A DNA stretch of 58,918 bases, from IMG/VR virus record IMGVR_UViG_3300030450_002092, positions 1-58,918 of that record; one strand, 5' to 3'. The position numbers were made by a program, and so were the translations under genes. The notes below the pieces were generated by a model that was not told the DNA's origin, made no database searches, and saw only the letters and a program-made list of their open reading frames with translations. Shown here piece after piece: positions 31,589 through 41,219 of this stretch (position 1 is its first letter; each line of letters starts with the position of its first letter). This DNA is from a virus. Lineage: Duplodnaviria; Caudoviricetes.

Positions 31589-32673
31589 AAGTAATGCGTT
31601 AGTCTTGCAACCTGCCCGCTTTCATTGTGATGGATAAACCCCTCACAAGCCTTAGGAGCGCCTGTAAAGCCTTTTCTACTGTGCCAGCTATCTGCCGAAG
31701 AAGGAGAGCGCATATACTCTACAGTGACCCCTATAAAGTCTTTTCCATCTAGCCATTTGTGTTTTACTTTGTGGTGAATGTGATGAAGATACCAATATCT
31801 ATGAGTCGTAGACGACCAATCTTGAGGATTTTCTTGCGCCATTAACAAAGGCAAAGCATCCATTTTTGCACCGTCTCCATGCTCTAAACCTATAAGGTTT
31901 GTACCATATTTATAATACTTTCTGTGAGAAACCCCTATATCAAACTTTACATTATCTGCTTTTCTAAACCAACTCTTCAAAGTGTGAGCAAGATGAAACC
32001 CTGATTGATAATCATGGTTACTCATACTATGCAGGACATCAACAGGAGCTACCTGTCTTAACATTTCTATACACTTCACGTAAAGCATTAGAGCTATTTC
32101 ATAATGCTCCCACCATTTACCATCGGTGTCTTGATACGTTCCTTTAGTAGTGGTGCTATAAACATTATCTATATGTAATATGTCGTTGCCAACACAAAAC
32201 AAAACTCTGTCTATATCAAAACCAGCTGATTTATCAATTAATCCTATTACTCCTTCTATTACTCGACTTACAGCCGTTTCGCAATCATATTTTTCGCCTG
32301 TTTCTAATTCATTTGCGTATTTACCTATGTGTATATCTGCTGGATTAACTATTAGCAAATGGTCTCCTGCTGGAGTTTTAATAGTAGGATAGGTAGGGGA
32401 ATAGGTTTCGACAAAAGAATTTATTTTGTCCCATATTTGGTTTTCATCTAACCCTAAGTTTTCTTTAGTAACTACGGAGAATCTATAATCTCCACTTCCG
32501 CTTTGCCAATGCTTTACGCTAACTACATCTTTTTTGTTGATGCCTCTTTCTTTTAAGTGTATATCGAGTGCGGAATTGTTATTTATGTTGTCTACAACGG
32601 TTGCTCTTCTCTGTAGAATTAAATCTACTTCTTCTGTTGAAAGCCTGAGTCGTTTACCGTATTCTTTTCCCAT
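31585..32673 (-). CDS. calcineurin-like metallophosphoesterase
   Basis: DIHIG, GND, SNHD, HGD and HHIHH motifs. Confidence 0.85.
   Translation of the reverse strand: MGKEYGKRLRLSTEEVDLILQRRATVVDNINNNSALDIHLKERGINKKDVVSVKHWQSGSGDYRFSVVTKENLGLDENQIWDKINSFVETYSPTYPTIKTPAGDHLLIVNPADIHIGKYANELETGEKYDCETAVSRVIEGVIGLIDKSAGFDIDRVLFCVGNDILHIDNVYSTTTKGTYQDTDGKWWEHYEIALMLYVKCIEMLRQVAPVDVLHSMSNHDYQSGFHLAHTLKSWFRKADNVKFDIGVSHRKYYKYGTNLIGLEHGDGAKMDALPLLMAQENPQDWSSTTHRYWYLHHIHHKVKHKWLDGKDFIGVTVEYMRSPSSADSWHSRKGFTGAPKACEGFIHHNESGQVARLTHYF
31801..31820 (-). repeat. dispersed palindrome copy 2 (ATTGGTCG TCTA CGACTCAT on -), inside the phosphoesterase gene
   Basis: Read directly from the sequence. Confidence 0.8.
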
Positions 32674-32674
32674 G

Positions 32675-32863
32675 TTATATTTCGTCTTCCACCGATTCCT
32701 GTAAGGAGGTAAGAGTCTTTATAATAAGAGCAGAATCTTTTTTTACTTCGGTGTAATGTCCATCAACAAAGTTTTCGTAAAGATTGTCTAGGGAGTCGTG
32801 TATCTCTTTCATCGTAAAATTGATGAACTTCAACTTATCTTTCTCTACTCCTTGGCTAACCAT
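32675..32863 (-). CDS. hypothetical protein
   Basis: 62 aa, tightly packed in the operon. Confidence 0.55.
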   Translation of the reverse strand: MVSQGVEKDKLKFINFTMKEIHDSLDNLYENFVDGHYTEVKKDSALIIKTLTSLQESVEDEI

Positions 32864-32906
32864 TTATCCTATAATCTTTTACATTTTGACTAACTTTAGT
32901 CTTGTT

Positions 32907-33302
32907 TTAGACATTTTGAGATAAAGATAATAAATTATTTTGTTTTTTTAGTTTCTTTACTAATAAAATTAATTCAGCTTTTGTTAACTCTAAGTAATCC
33001 TCGCCCTGCTCATCTAGTAAATCGAGGCATTGTTCATACTTTTTTAACAGTTTTTTATCATAAGACAATATCCAGTCTATACTCTTTACGTAGTGTAAAA
33101 TTGAAGCGTGATTTTTTAAAAGAGACAAACCTATGTGGTAATAAGTAAAGTTTTGTTCCCGTAGTATTTTAGAGTATACCATTCGAGCATTTACATATTT
33201 TCTTTTCCTAGACTTAAGTAATACATCAACACTAAATACGTTGTTAACGATTTGTTTTACTTTTTTTATTTTACGAGTATCTGATTCTTTTAGATATTTC
33301 AT
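32907..33302 (-). CDS. DnaA C-terminal (domain IV) HTH-like DNA-binding protein
   Basis: 'KSRKRKYVNARMVYSKILR...YHIG..L.KNHASILHYV' matches the R..V.AR...IG....HxxVxH pattern. Confidence 0.65.
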   Translation of the reverse strand: MKYLKESDTRKIKKVKQIVNNVFSVDVLLKSRKRKYVNARMVYSKILREQNFTYYHIGLSLLKNHASILHYVKSIDWILSYDKKLLKKYEQCLDLLDEQGEDYLELTKAELILLVKKLKKQNNLLSLSQNV

Positions 33303-33618
33303 TTGCTGTTAGTGTTGTTTTGTTTAATATATGGTCAAGATAAGTGTCTGCGTCAGTTTCTTCTATACTTAAAAACACTGGAACATCGCCTTCTTCGTGG
33401 TAATATTCTAATTCAAAGAAAAAATTTGTAGGACTAGTAATAACTCCCCCTACCTTTTGTGTCCACCCATTTAGCCTTGGCAATAACTCTGCATTACAAT
33501 CCATTAATACAGCAACTGGAACGCTGTAACGAATTGGGAAATCACGAAGCTGGTCGAGAAAGCCCGCGTCCATATCGTACTCGGGTCTAACCTCGGTATA
33601 CTTCTGTTTTAAATCCAT
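33271..33618 (-). CDS. hypothetical protein
   Basis: 115 aa, overlaps both neighbours. Confidence 0.55.
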   Translation of the reverse strand: MDLKQKYTEVRPEYDMDAGFLDQLRDFPIRYSVPVAVLMDCNAELLPRLNGWTQKVGGVITSPTNFFFELEYYHEEGDVPVFLSIEETDADTYLDHILNKTTLTANEISKRIRYS

Positions 33619-33826
33619 GTTCTTTTAATTCTTTTAATCTGTATTCTTGTAAAATCGAAAGCCTTCCCTCAGGTTTTTTTATTTCGCTAAACAATACTTC
33701 GCTGCCTGGCGGTAAAGCAATTATATCTGGAATACCGTTCTTGTTGGTCTTTAGCAGTTTTATTACATAGTAACCTTCTGCCTCAAGCTCTTGAATTCTT
33801 TTCTTTTGAATTTGTTGCTCAGTCAT
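33587..33826 (-). CDS. VRR-NUC domain nuclease (Holliday junction resolvase-like)
   Basis: 'GIPDII...FSEIKKPEGRLSILQ' PD-(D/E)XK pattern. Confidence 0.85.
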   Translation of the reverse strand: MTEQQIQKKRIQELEAEGYYVIKLLKTNKNGIPDIIALPPGSEVLFSEIKKPEGRLSILQEYRLKELKEHGFKTEVYRG

Positions 33827-33827
33827 A

Positions 33828-35063
33828 TTACAAATTTAAGAAATCTCTTTTGAAGTGATTTAGGGTGTAATCTTTTTTCTTTGTAACGGCTTTATAAATT
33901 TGATGCTCAATTCCTTTACGGGCAAATATCCAATAAACTTTATTCTTTAATCTATCCTTGGTTGTCATTCTATCTCTTGATTGCCAATAACTTGTAGCAC
34001 TAAAATCTATATTGTAATAAATTAAAGCACTAGCTTTTTTCAATGAGATACCTTCTCTTCCGCTCACAATTTGCAGGGCAATAGATTTGTCTGTAGTGTT
34101 GAATTCTTCTAAATTGGTCGTTAACGACTCTCTTCCATAAACTTCTTTTAATGCATCAAGCTCTGCAATAAACTTATAGAATATAGCTATTTTTTTATTT
34201 TCAAATTTACGTTTGATAAATTTTGCCTTAGAGTAATCTAAGACGTTTGTAGCGCCAGACTCAAACTTAACAGTCCCTGAATACATTTGGTGAACCTTAC
34301 TCATTAATTTAACCGCGGTGTCTCCTAACACAACTTCTTCTGTGCCTCGCAGCACTTTATCTTTTTGTAATTTTTTAATCCACTCGTATGTTTTTTCCTT
34401 CATATCTACAGTTAAGATTTTTTCTGTAGTTTTCACTTGAAAGCCCGCCTCTTTTTGTGTGTAAGATATAGTGTAAGGTTTTATTTTTTCTAAAATTTTC
34501 TTAGTTCCTCCGCTATAATCTCTTATATACATTATCCCTATTGGTCTAACTTGTACGTTTACATAATCATCAGAAAACCTATAAAAGTTTTTATATTGGG
34601 CAAAAGGATTAGTAGGTATCCCATAAATTTGATGATAAATCTGACTATAACTTTCGGGTGTAGGAGTTCCTGATAACAGAATAACAAAAGGATTATGTTT
34701 TTTTAGCAACGCTTTAACCTGCTTAGCTCGTTTGCTGGGTTTGGGAAAAGCCCCCATCGTATGGGCCTCATCACATATTACCACCGTCCATTTATTTTTA
34801 GGAATTTTATGTAAGCTCTCATAATTAATCACGTGTAGGTGATAATTAGGATTAAGCAAATCATAATCTGCTTCAATACTTGATATAGCTTTTTTTTTGG
34901 TTATAAAAAGCACACTGCCTTTTCCACCAATATCTTGTGCAATGCTTAGGGACGTTAAAGTTTTTCCCGTTCGCACCTCCATTGCCAGATATAAAAATTT
35001 ATATTGGTTTATTATTTGTAACCCGCGTGTTACAATTTCTTTCTGGTAGGGTCTGAGTTCCAT
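33828..35063 (-). CDS. SNF2-like superfamily 2 helicase
   Basis: LRPYQ, TGKT, DEAH, LSGTP, EGISL and QSRDR motifs. Confidence 0.85.
   Translation of the reverse strand: MELRPYQKEIVTRGLQIINQYKFLYLAMEVRTGKTLTSLSIAQDIGGKGSVLFITKKKAISSIEADYDLLNPNYHLHVINYESLHKIPKNKWTVVICDEAHTMGAFPKPSKRAKQVKALLKKHNPFVILLSGTPTPESYSQIYHQIYGIPTNPFAQYKNFYRFSDDYVNVQVRPIGIMYIRDYSGGTKKILEKIKPYTISYTQKEAGFQVKTTEKILTVDMKEKTYEWIKKLQKDKVLRGTEEVVLGDTAVKLMSKVHQMYSGTVKFESGATNVLDYSKAKFIKRKFENKKIAIFYKFIAELDALKEVYGRESLTTNLEEFNTTDKSIALQIVSGREGISLKKASALIYYNIDFSATSYWQSRDRMTTKDRLKNKVYWIFARKGIEHQIYKAVTKKKDYTLNHFKRDFLNL
34113..34132 (+). repeat. dispersed palindrome copy 3 (ATTGGTCG TTAA CGACTCTC), inside the helicase gene
   Basis: Read directly from the sequence. 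Confidence 0.75.
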
Positions 35064-35287
35064 TCTTTTAGTGTTTGTCTGATGTTAATACATTTTTCAT
35101 ATTCTTCTTCCTCTATGAAATAATCTAGCATGTTTAAAATAAAGTCTTTACTATATGGGGCAAAAGGATTATGAGCAAAGTAATAATCTTCCGACTCTAT
35201 AATATCTTCTTCAGCAGCATTCTCAAATAAAACGCTGTAAGAATTTCGCATAGCAATGTGTAATATTTCTTTGTCGCTTTTAGCCAT
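35030..35287 (-). CDS. hypothetical protein
   Basis: 85 aa with a C-terminal 'EEEYEKC' UVR-like motif. Confidence 0.55.
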   Translation of the reverse strand: MAKSDKEILHIAMRNSYSVLFENAAEEDIIESEDYYFAHNPFAPYSKDFILNMLDYFIEEEEYEKCINIRQTLKEWNSDPTRKKL

Positions 35288-37701
35288 TAAAAAGGGAGAT
35301 TAGGATTAGATGGAGTAGATTGTGTTTTATATATTATCCATCTGCCGTGCATATCTCTACCTTCTTCTGGTACTACACCTTCTCTAAAAACTCCATATGC
35401 AGTAAGCCACTTATTAAACCTCGTTCTTGAAATAGTCATTTTAGATTTAGGGGCGTAGTCTGGATTCTCTTCAATAAAATCATAATACAATTCTTGTTTA
35501 TATATTCGTTTATCTACTTGCAATTTAGTGTTCACTGTTTGTCCTTGTAACAAACCGCACCACTCTATAAATTCGTGTGATGTTTCTGCTGACAGCTGTC
35601 GAACTTCTAAATTTACAAATGAAGATTTTATAAGTCCTTCGTTTAGATGAAGCTGTAAACAATCCACCATATAATTATCAAAGATACACCATTCTGCATC
35701 GTCCCAATCTCCAAACATTAGCTTGTTAAATTCATCTAAAGGAGAGAAAGATTTATTGTAGTGTTGGTGTAATTCTATTTCCCATTTACGCCTTGCAAAA
35801 GAATTACCAGACCCTTTAATAGCATAGTTAGTGGTAATTGCTATCTTCGGAGAATTTTCAAATGGAATTTTAATTGCATCTTTATTTTTCTTTTCTAAAG
35901 TTAATCCTTCTGTAACAACAGAAAACAATCTTTCAAAATCAAAATATTTTTTTACATCATCAAAGCATAATATCTGTGTGTCAGCCGAAACTAATTGATA
36001 AGCAAAAGACCTCTCAAAGTTAAAAGATTTTCCATCTATAAATACCAACTTCTTCATATGGCCTAGTGCATTCATAAATAAACCTTTACCAGTTCCACCC
36101 TCTGGATTGTCCGATATAACTTCATCGTTTAAAATTACAGCTGGAGAAAAAGATAAGTTTTTATACCCATGCATTAAATAACCAATAGTACTTTCCATTG
36201 TTGATATACGTGATTGTTTCTGCCCGCATATGTTGGCAACGAACTGCTTGTAGTCGCAATCCTTTACTTTACAAATTGTAAAAATTCTATTGATGACTTG
36301 TTCGCGCCAGACATAACCGCCTAAATCTAAATAGTCTATAGGAACAACATCGTTTTTGGTTATTTTAACGGCACAATTTCTGTAGTATAAGTAGGCCTCA
36401 TCTTTAGTGTCTTCTATAAAATATACTTCAATGGTTGATAGTAAAGACAAAAACTCTTCTTTAAAAAATCTAGTGTGGTCAGCAAAATAATTATAGATAC
36501 TCATATCTTCTAACTTCAACAAAGTATCTAATACAAAATCTTTAATTTCTTTTTCTGATGTATGGTCTATAAGATTGTTTGATACTTTTACAAATACATA
36601 GTTGCGACTTCCTTCTGGGCAAAACTTGTAGTACCCGTGGTCTTCTAAAAATTGTTTAAATAGTATATGTACTATTTTAATAACACCCTTATTAGATTTA
36701 GTCCAAAAAATTTGATGCTTGTTCTCCTCATCTGCTTTTTCCAGCACAGAGTTTATTACCTCGGTATCAAATGAAGCATCTTCTAATTGACACCGAATTT
36801 CATTTTTTGGTACGCCTTGTTTGAGTTTGGTTTTTATATCACTTATCCTATCCTCATCTTCATAATACTTTGTTCCAAAGTTATGGGTATTACTATAAGC
36901 AGATTTGATAGTTCTTTTGATTTCTTCTAAATTAAAATCTTTATTAGAATACTGCCCTAATACATATGAAGCTAAACTTTCACTAATACCATAATCATTA
37001 AAAGCAGCTGCTAAAACATAGGCATGCTGATTTCTTTGTCCTTCATTCATCGGAAATTTTTTCTCCCACCATTTCACTAATATCTCTACTATTTTATTTT
37101 CATCAGTTATAGGTATGGTAACGGGGTCAATATGTTTCTTAACTTCTTTATACTCTACCTCTTCAATCTTATCCCACTCAGCACTATCATTATTAATATG
37201 AATTAAAGGGTCATAACTTTCGTAACAGACACGTGAGATATTTTTAGTTGTCTTGTCAAAATAATCCGAATTAAAATATTTATCTAGTGATTGAAAATAT
37301 CTTGTATGATTCTCTTTGTCCCGCGGGATTTTTATTAATACTTTTAATCCATTACCAGAGGGAGAAATAAAAACAGAAAAGACAAACTTATTTTTAGTAA
37401 GCATATCTTTATCTTTCAACATATCTTTTACCTTTCCGTAACCATCAAAGTCTAAACAAATTAAACCGCTATGTTCAATTAAACTGGTGTCTTGTCTTTT
37501 AGTAAACGTACCAGAAAAACAAACAGCTGGTAATAATTTTTTAATTTCATTTCTTTTGCTTTTATCTTTTTCTCTCCTAATTCTTTTGACTAAATCTTTG
37601 GAGGAGCCATTCTTAATTCTCTCTAAAATAGTGTAGGCATCGCGATGAAAAGGGGTTGTAGTTTCTTTTATGTTTTGGAATATTGTTATAGTGTGTGTCA
37701 T
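35287..37701 (-). CDS. primase-helicase (VirE-N/BT4734-like primase, PriCT and P-loop helicase domains)
   Basis: 'LPAVCFSGTF...SGLICLDFD...ISPSGNGLK' primase; 'EGQRNQ' PriCT; 'GGTGKGL' Walker A; 'FDD' Walker B. Confidence 0.85.
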   Translation of the reverse strand: MTHTITIFQNIKETTTPFHRDAYTILERIKNGSSKDLVKRIRREKDKSKRNEIKKLLPAVCFSGTFTKRQDTSLIEHSGLICLDFDGYGKVKDMLKDKDMLTKNKFVFSVFISPSGNGLKVLIKIPRDKENHTRYFQSLDKYFNSDYFDKTTKNISRVCYESYDPLIHINNDSAEWDKIEEVEYKEVKKHIDPVTIPITDENKIVEILVKWWEKKFPMNEGQRNQHAYVLAAAFNDYGISESLASYVLGQYSNKDFNLEEIKRTIKSAYSNTHNFGTKYYEDEDRISDIKTKLKQGVPKNEIRCQLEDASFDTEVINSVLEKADEENKHQIFWTKSNKGVIKIVHILFKQFLEDHGYYKFCPEGSRNYVFVKVSNNLIDHTSEKEIKDFVLDTLLKLEDMSIYNYFADHTRFFKEEFLSLLSTIEVYFIEDTKDEAYLYYRNCAVKITKNDVVPIDYLDLGGYVWREQVINRIFTICKVKDCDYKQFVANICGQKQSRISTMESTIGYLMHGYKNLSFSPAVILNDEVISDNPEGGTGKGLFMNALGHMKKLVFIDGKSFNFERSFAYQLVSADTQILCFDDVKKYFDFERLFSVVTEGLTLEKKNKDAIKIPFENSPKIAITTNYAIKGSGNSFARRKWEIELHQHYNKSFSPLDEFNKLMFGDWDDAEWCIFDNYMVDCLQLHLNEGLIKSSFVNLEVRQLSAETSHEFIEWCGLLQGQTVNTKLQVDKRIYKQELYYDFIEENPDYAPKSKMTISRTRFNKWLTAYGVFREGVVPEEGRDMHGRWIIYKTQSTPSNPNLPF

Positions 37702-37703
37702 AG

Positions 37704-37782
37704 TATGTCGTTTATATGTCGGTTTTATGTCGTTTTTATTTTCATAAGTTGTTGATTGTCAGTTGATATGTCGATTATGTCA
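37704..37782 (+). repeat. iteron array A: 5x TATGTC[G/A] around an IHF-consensus site; origin-like
   Basis: Units at 37704, 37715, 37726, 37767 and 37776; TAAGTTGTTGATT at 37745-37757 (reverse complement matches WATCAANNNNTTR); AT-rich tract follows. Confidence 0.85.
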
Positions 37783-37886
37783 TATATTTACCCGCTTATA
37801 AAAAAAAGAAAAATAAATATAATATAAAATTTTATTACTCTTATATGTTTTGGTTAAAATTAACATATCGACACACAAAAAAACAT

Positions 37887-37916
37887 AAAAAAAGAGCCAT
37901 AAGAGACTCTCTTTTT
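37887..37916 (-). terminator. intrinsic terminator downstream of the SSB gene
   Basis: On -: GAGAGTC-TCTTAT-GGCTCTT followed by a T run. Confidence 0.65.
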
Positions 37917-37931
37917 ACGTTAGTTACTCAA

Positions 37932-38222
37932 TTAGAATGGTAGTCCAGAATCTTTAACTGGCGCAGCAGCTACAGGAGATTCTACAGGAGATTCTACAGG
38001 AGATTCAACTTTTTTTTCTTGCTTATCACTAAGTGTTAAACCGAAAAAATGTTCTTCTTTTCCATCTGCATTAGTCCTAGTGTTTACCCAAGCAGCTATT
38101 TCTTTTTGGGTGCCATCAGGCAATGCAACAGAGCCTTTATAATCTGGTTGTTTACTACCTTCTTCTTTGTACTTATTTTTAAATAAGTTCCCTTTATTTG
38201 GGTTGTGTTTGAAATCTGACAT
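37932..38222 (-). CDS. single-stranded DNA-binding protein (small phage type)
   Basis: 'GNLFKN....KQPDYKG...IAAW' core and C-terminal 'DSGLPF' tail; beside recombination genes. Confidence 0.65.
   Translation of the reverse strand: MSDFKHNPNKGNLFKNKYKEEGSKQPDYKGSVALPDGTQKEIAAWVNTRTNADGKEEHFFGLTLSDKQEKKVESPVESPVESPVAAAPVKDSGLPF
37971..38006. repeat. 12-bp tandem repeat x3 (TACAGGAGATTC) encoding (ESPV)3
   Basis: Three exact copies in the SSB linker. Confidence 0.9.
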
Positions 38223-38400
38223 TGTTATTTATTTTTATAGTTCGTTCCAAATGATTCATTGTCTCAAAGATTAAATCTTCTTTCTCGACTTTACTATTAA
38301 CGGACATTGGAACTCTAATCCACATAATAGTACCTTTAGGCGTTCTCTTCGGAATCTTGTTCCATAAAGACCGCATAAACTTTAACACCTTTAGTTTCAT
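38194..38400 (-). CDS. hypothetical protein
   Basis: 68 aa in the operon. Confidence 0.45.
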   Translation of the reverse strand: MKLKVLKFMRSLWNKIPKRTPKGTIMWIRVPMSVNSKVEKEDLIFETMNHLERTIKINNNVRFQTQPK

Positions 38401-38488
38401 TGATTAATTTTTTAGTTACCTTTTGTTTTTTTGTTGTATCCTCTTTTTGATATTTAGGATTAGTTGAATTTAATTTTCTTTTCTTCAT

Positions 38489-39220
38489 TTATAAATCTTC
38501 ATTTAAATAAAACTGTTCTATATTTTCCATACTTCCTTCAGCAAAATATTTATTATACATCTTGACTGCTCTTTCTACTTTTTGTTCGCCTCTTTCTAAA
38601 AACTCTGGAGTAGGGTTAAACTTCCCTAACACTTTAGATTCTTTACATATAACATAGAACACTAAAGGTTTTCCGAACAACTCTTGATACAAGTATGCTT
38701 GTGAGTCATAATTATATGAACGTGCTGAAAACTTAAATCGAGAAATGTCAGCAGTACTTTTGATATCAATTACACAATCATCACATACAATGTCTGCCTT
38801 TCCTTTCCACATCAAGCCTTTTATTTCTTTTATCGCTGGCTCTTCAAATTTATTTCCAGTCTTATATATAGGCATAGCAAAGTCAAAGTTTCTTAACATT
38901 GTTTCTTTTAATTGGTCGGCTAATTCTTTTTCTTTTTGTAAAAGCATTACCTCTACTTCTCTCATTTCCACTGTTTCTTTGTATAGCTTTGTATTTCTAC
39001 TACTCGCATCTACAAATTCCCAGTTAGCTATTTTTTGTGGCTCCAAAATAAGTTGATGAAAATATCTTCCAAACAAAAAATTCTTGTTATCTGGCCTATC
39101 TGTTTTAAAGTTTATCGGATTGTAAAGTAAGTCGCTAATATCTGAATTAGATAAATATTTACGACCTACTCCCGAGTAATATTCTTTATCGTTTTTTAGT
39201 TGTTGTATTACTTTTTCCAT
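38489..39220 (-). CDS. PD-(D/E)XK exonuclease (RecE/DUF3799-like)
   Basis: 'LSNSDI','FGRYFHQLILEP','KGKADIV...IDIKST','YDSQAYLY'. Confidence 0.85.
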   Translation of the reverse strand: MEKVIQQLKNDKEYYSGVGRKYLSNSDISDLLYNPINFKTDRPDNKNFLFGRYFHQLILEPQKIANWEFVDASSRNTKLYKETVEMREVEVMLLQKEKELADQLKETMLRNFDFAMPIYKTGNKFEEPAIKEIKGLMWKGKADIVCDDCVIDIKSTADISRFKFSARSYNYDSQAYLYQELFGKPLVFYVICKESKVLGKFNPTPEFLERGEQKVERAVKMYNKYFAEGSMENIEQFYLNEDL

Positions 39221-39746
39221 TTGTTATTGCGTTTGTTATTGTTTGTTTTATTTCTTCAGTTATATTGTAGTTGTTGTCTTTTAAGAAAGCAACAATATGT
39301 TTCATATTTTTATCTTTCTTTGGTAAAGCCGCCACCCATTTTAAAAAAGCCTCGACATCTACATCTTGCACGGTAATAGTGGTTTCTACTTTCTTATTAT
39401 TTAATTTATAGTTAGCAGTTTCTTCGTAGCTTGCTACTCCACTATCTATACCAATCCCAAAACACCCTAATGCTCTACCCCATGCGCTTGTTTCTGCATT
39501 CTCTACGTAACTTCCTTTATTAATAAAGTTAGATGCTGCCTCTTCAAAAGCTGTACCCGTAGCCACTGTGAAACCAGATTCTTTTTCTATAATAGCTGCT
39601 TGAACTAATATCGTTGTACTTGTTTTTTCTAGTACAGTAGTAACCATACCATACTTGTGTTGGTAAGTTTCTCTGAAATGTTTTAATCGGTCGTGAACCA
39701 TTACATAGTCCTTCCCTTGAATATTTACTGTTTTTAATTTTGACAT
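39186..39746 (-). CDS. ssDNA-annealing protein (Rad52/Sak/ERF-like)
   Basis: 'GKDYVMVHDR' and 'ENAETSAWGRAL..FGIG' motifs; adjacent to the exonuclease. Confidence 0.7.
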   Translation of the reverse strand: MSKLKTVNIQGKDYVMVHDRLKHFRETYQHKYGMVTTVLEKTSTTILVQAAIIEKESGFTVATGTAFEEAASNFINKGSYVENAETSAWGRALGCFGIGIDSGVASYEETANYKLNNKKVETTITVQDVDVEAFLKWVAALPKKDKNMKHIVAFLKDNNYNITEEIKQTITNAITNGKSNTTTKKR

Positions 39747-39750
39747 AATT

Positions 39751-40158
39751 TTATTTGTTTGATTGATTAAGTTTTTTGTTTATTTTACTATATGAATTCA
39801 TTATCCTTTCTCGTGCTGCCTTTAGATTCATAATATGTTTAGCATTCTTTCGTGTGTTTACTTCTGTTTTTATTTTGTCTTCTATCATTTCGAGTTTTCT
39901 ACGATAGTTAGACAAACATAAGACAAAAACAGCAGACCGCCAACCTTTTTGATAAAAAATTTCATACTCCTCCGTAGTTATTTCTTTATAAAAATCTCCG
40001 CCTAGAGTTGTGTTGTGAATTATAGTATCAAAATTAGTTTTGTTCTGCTCTATTCTGATTCCAGACAAAAGCCGTGCTTCAAATTCTTCCCCGTCTAAGA
40101 CGGCAGAAAATTCGTCTGCCTTTGCTTGATTAAATATTTCTTTTAAAGTGTAACACAT
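39751..40158 (-). CDS. hypothetical protein
   Basis: 135 aa in the operon. Confidence 0.6.
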   Translation of the reverse strand: MCYTLKEIFNQAKADEFSAVLDGEEFEARLLSGIRIEQNKTNFDTIIHNTTLGGDFYKEITTEEYEIFYQKGWRSAVFVLCLSNYRRKLEMIEDKIKTEVNTRKNAKHIMNLKAARERIMNSYSKINKKLNQSNK

Positions 40159-40445
40159 TCTTGAATTCTGTCCGTGATGGTAATGTAATCCTCATCTTGT
40201 TGTCTTTTCTGTTTGACCACATCTATCCCGTGAAGGATTGAAGAGTGACTTATTTTGTATCCGTTTTTTGACAAGTAATCTTGAATGTAACTTAATCTTA
40301 TTTGTCTTGACATACACCCGAAATATAAAATATGTCGCGCATCTACCACTTTTCTTTCTTTAGTTTTAGTAAAGAGTTTTTCTCTACTAATATCATACAG
40401 TGAGCAAACGTTGTCTGCTAGCTGATTAAATATAGGTTCTTTCAT
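40143..40445 (-). CDS. second DnaA domain-IV-like HTH protein
   Basis: 'LFTKTKERKVVDARHILYF...HSSILHGID'. Confidence 0.6.
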   Translation of the reverse strand: MKEPIFNQLADNVCSLYDISREKLFTKTKERKVVDARHILYFGCMSRQIRLSYIQDYLSKNGYKISHSSILHGIDVVKQKRQQDEDYITITDRIQECVTL

Positions 40446-40581
40446 TTGAATTTTTTTTAATTATTTCTTCCCACTTCTTTTTTTCTTGGAGAATTTTCTT
40501 TAGTTCTTGTGCGTGAAAGTTTAAGTTGAAAATAATATCATCAACGGTTCTCACTTTTTTTGGTTTGTTTTTTTGGTTCAT
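40426..40581 (-). CDS. small hypothetical protein (51 aa), not in ORF track
   Basis: ATG abuts the upstream stop and fills the gap (MNQKNKPKKVRTVDDIIFNL...). Confidence 0.45.
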   Translation of the reverse strand: MNQKNKPKKVRTVDDIIFNLNFHAQELKKILQEKKKWEEIIKKNSNERTYI

Positions 40582-40770
40582 CTATCTTTGTTTAGGTGTT
40601 CTGTTGTAGGTTATGTTAGGGTAATCCCCACTATCTACATTCCATTTAGTAATAACTTGACCTTCTAAATCAATTACTGTATATCCTTGTTTTGCTAATA
40701 ATTTAATAGCGTTGTGTATTTCTTTAACCTCTAGTCGATAGCTGTCAAATATTTCATTGTGTATTGGCAT
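40582..40770 (-). CDS. hypothetical protein (start moved to ATG 40770)
   Basis: MPIHNEIFD..., preceded by an A-rich leader. Confidence 0.55.
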   Translation of the reverse strand: MPIHNEIFDSYRLEVKEIHNAIKLLAKQGYTVIDLEGQVITKWNVDSGDYPNITYNRTPKQR

Positions 40771-40936
40771 TTTATTAAATTTAATTGTGTTTAAAAAACA
40801 GAGAGAGAAACCAAACATTTAATATTAAGGTTTCTTAAACCCATAAAGTTTTTGGGATTATTCCCGACTCCTCTCTCTGTCAAAACTACATTATGAATGA
40901 GCGGCTAATATAAGAAATGTATAAGGATTGTGCAAA

Positions 40937-41218
40937 TTATTTCTGACTTTTTAATCTTTCAATTTCAAACTCTAGATGGGCAATAGCTTTAGTTAAGCAT
41001 TCTATTCCCCCATCTTCGTGCTTGACTCTTGAACGTAAGCAGTAGGTAACTGCGGTACCCACATTGTAAGAGCAGTTAAAATCTTCAACCACATATCGTG
41101 CTTGATACTTTCCTGCTCTTGTTGTATTTCCTACATAGTAGCTGGGTACTCTGTTATCTTTATCGGTAGTTGATAGGTTTCTATCAGTGTCGTACCAGTA
41201 TGCGCTTTTACCTTCCAT
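40937..41218 (-). CDS. DUF3310-like phage protein
   Basis: 'PSYY...GTAVTYCLR...K..GIECLTKAIAHLEFEI'. Confidence 0.65.
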   Translation of the reverse strand: MEGKSAYWYDTDRNLSTTDKDNRVPSYYVGNTTRAGKYQARYVVEDFNCSYNVGTAVTYCLRSRVKHEDGGIECLTKAIAHLEFEIERLKSQK

Positions 41219-41219
41219 C

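Noticed and set aside
38911-38925. ATTGGTCGGCTAATT as another copy of the dispersed palindrome
   Set aside because: Only the left arm matches; no spacer or CGAC arm
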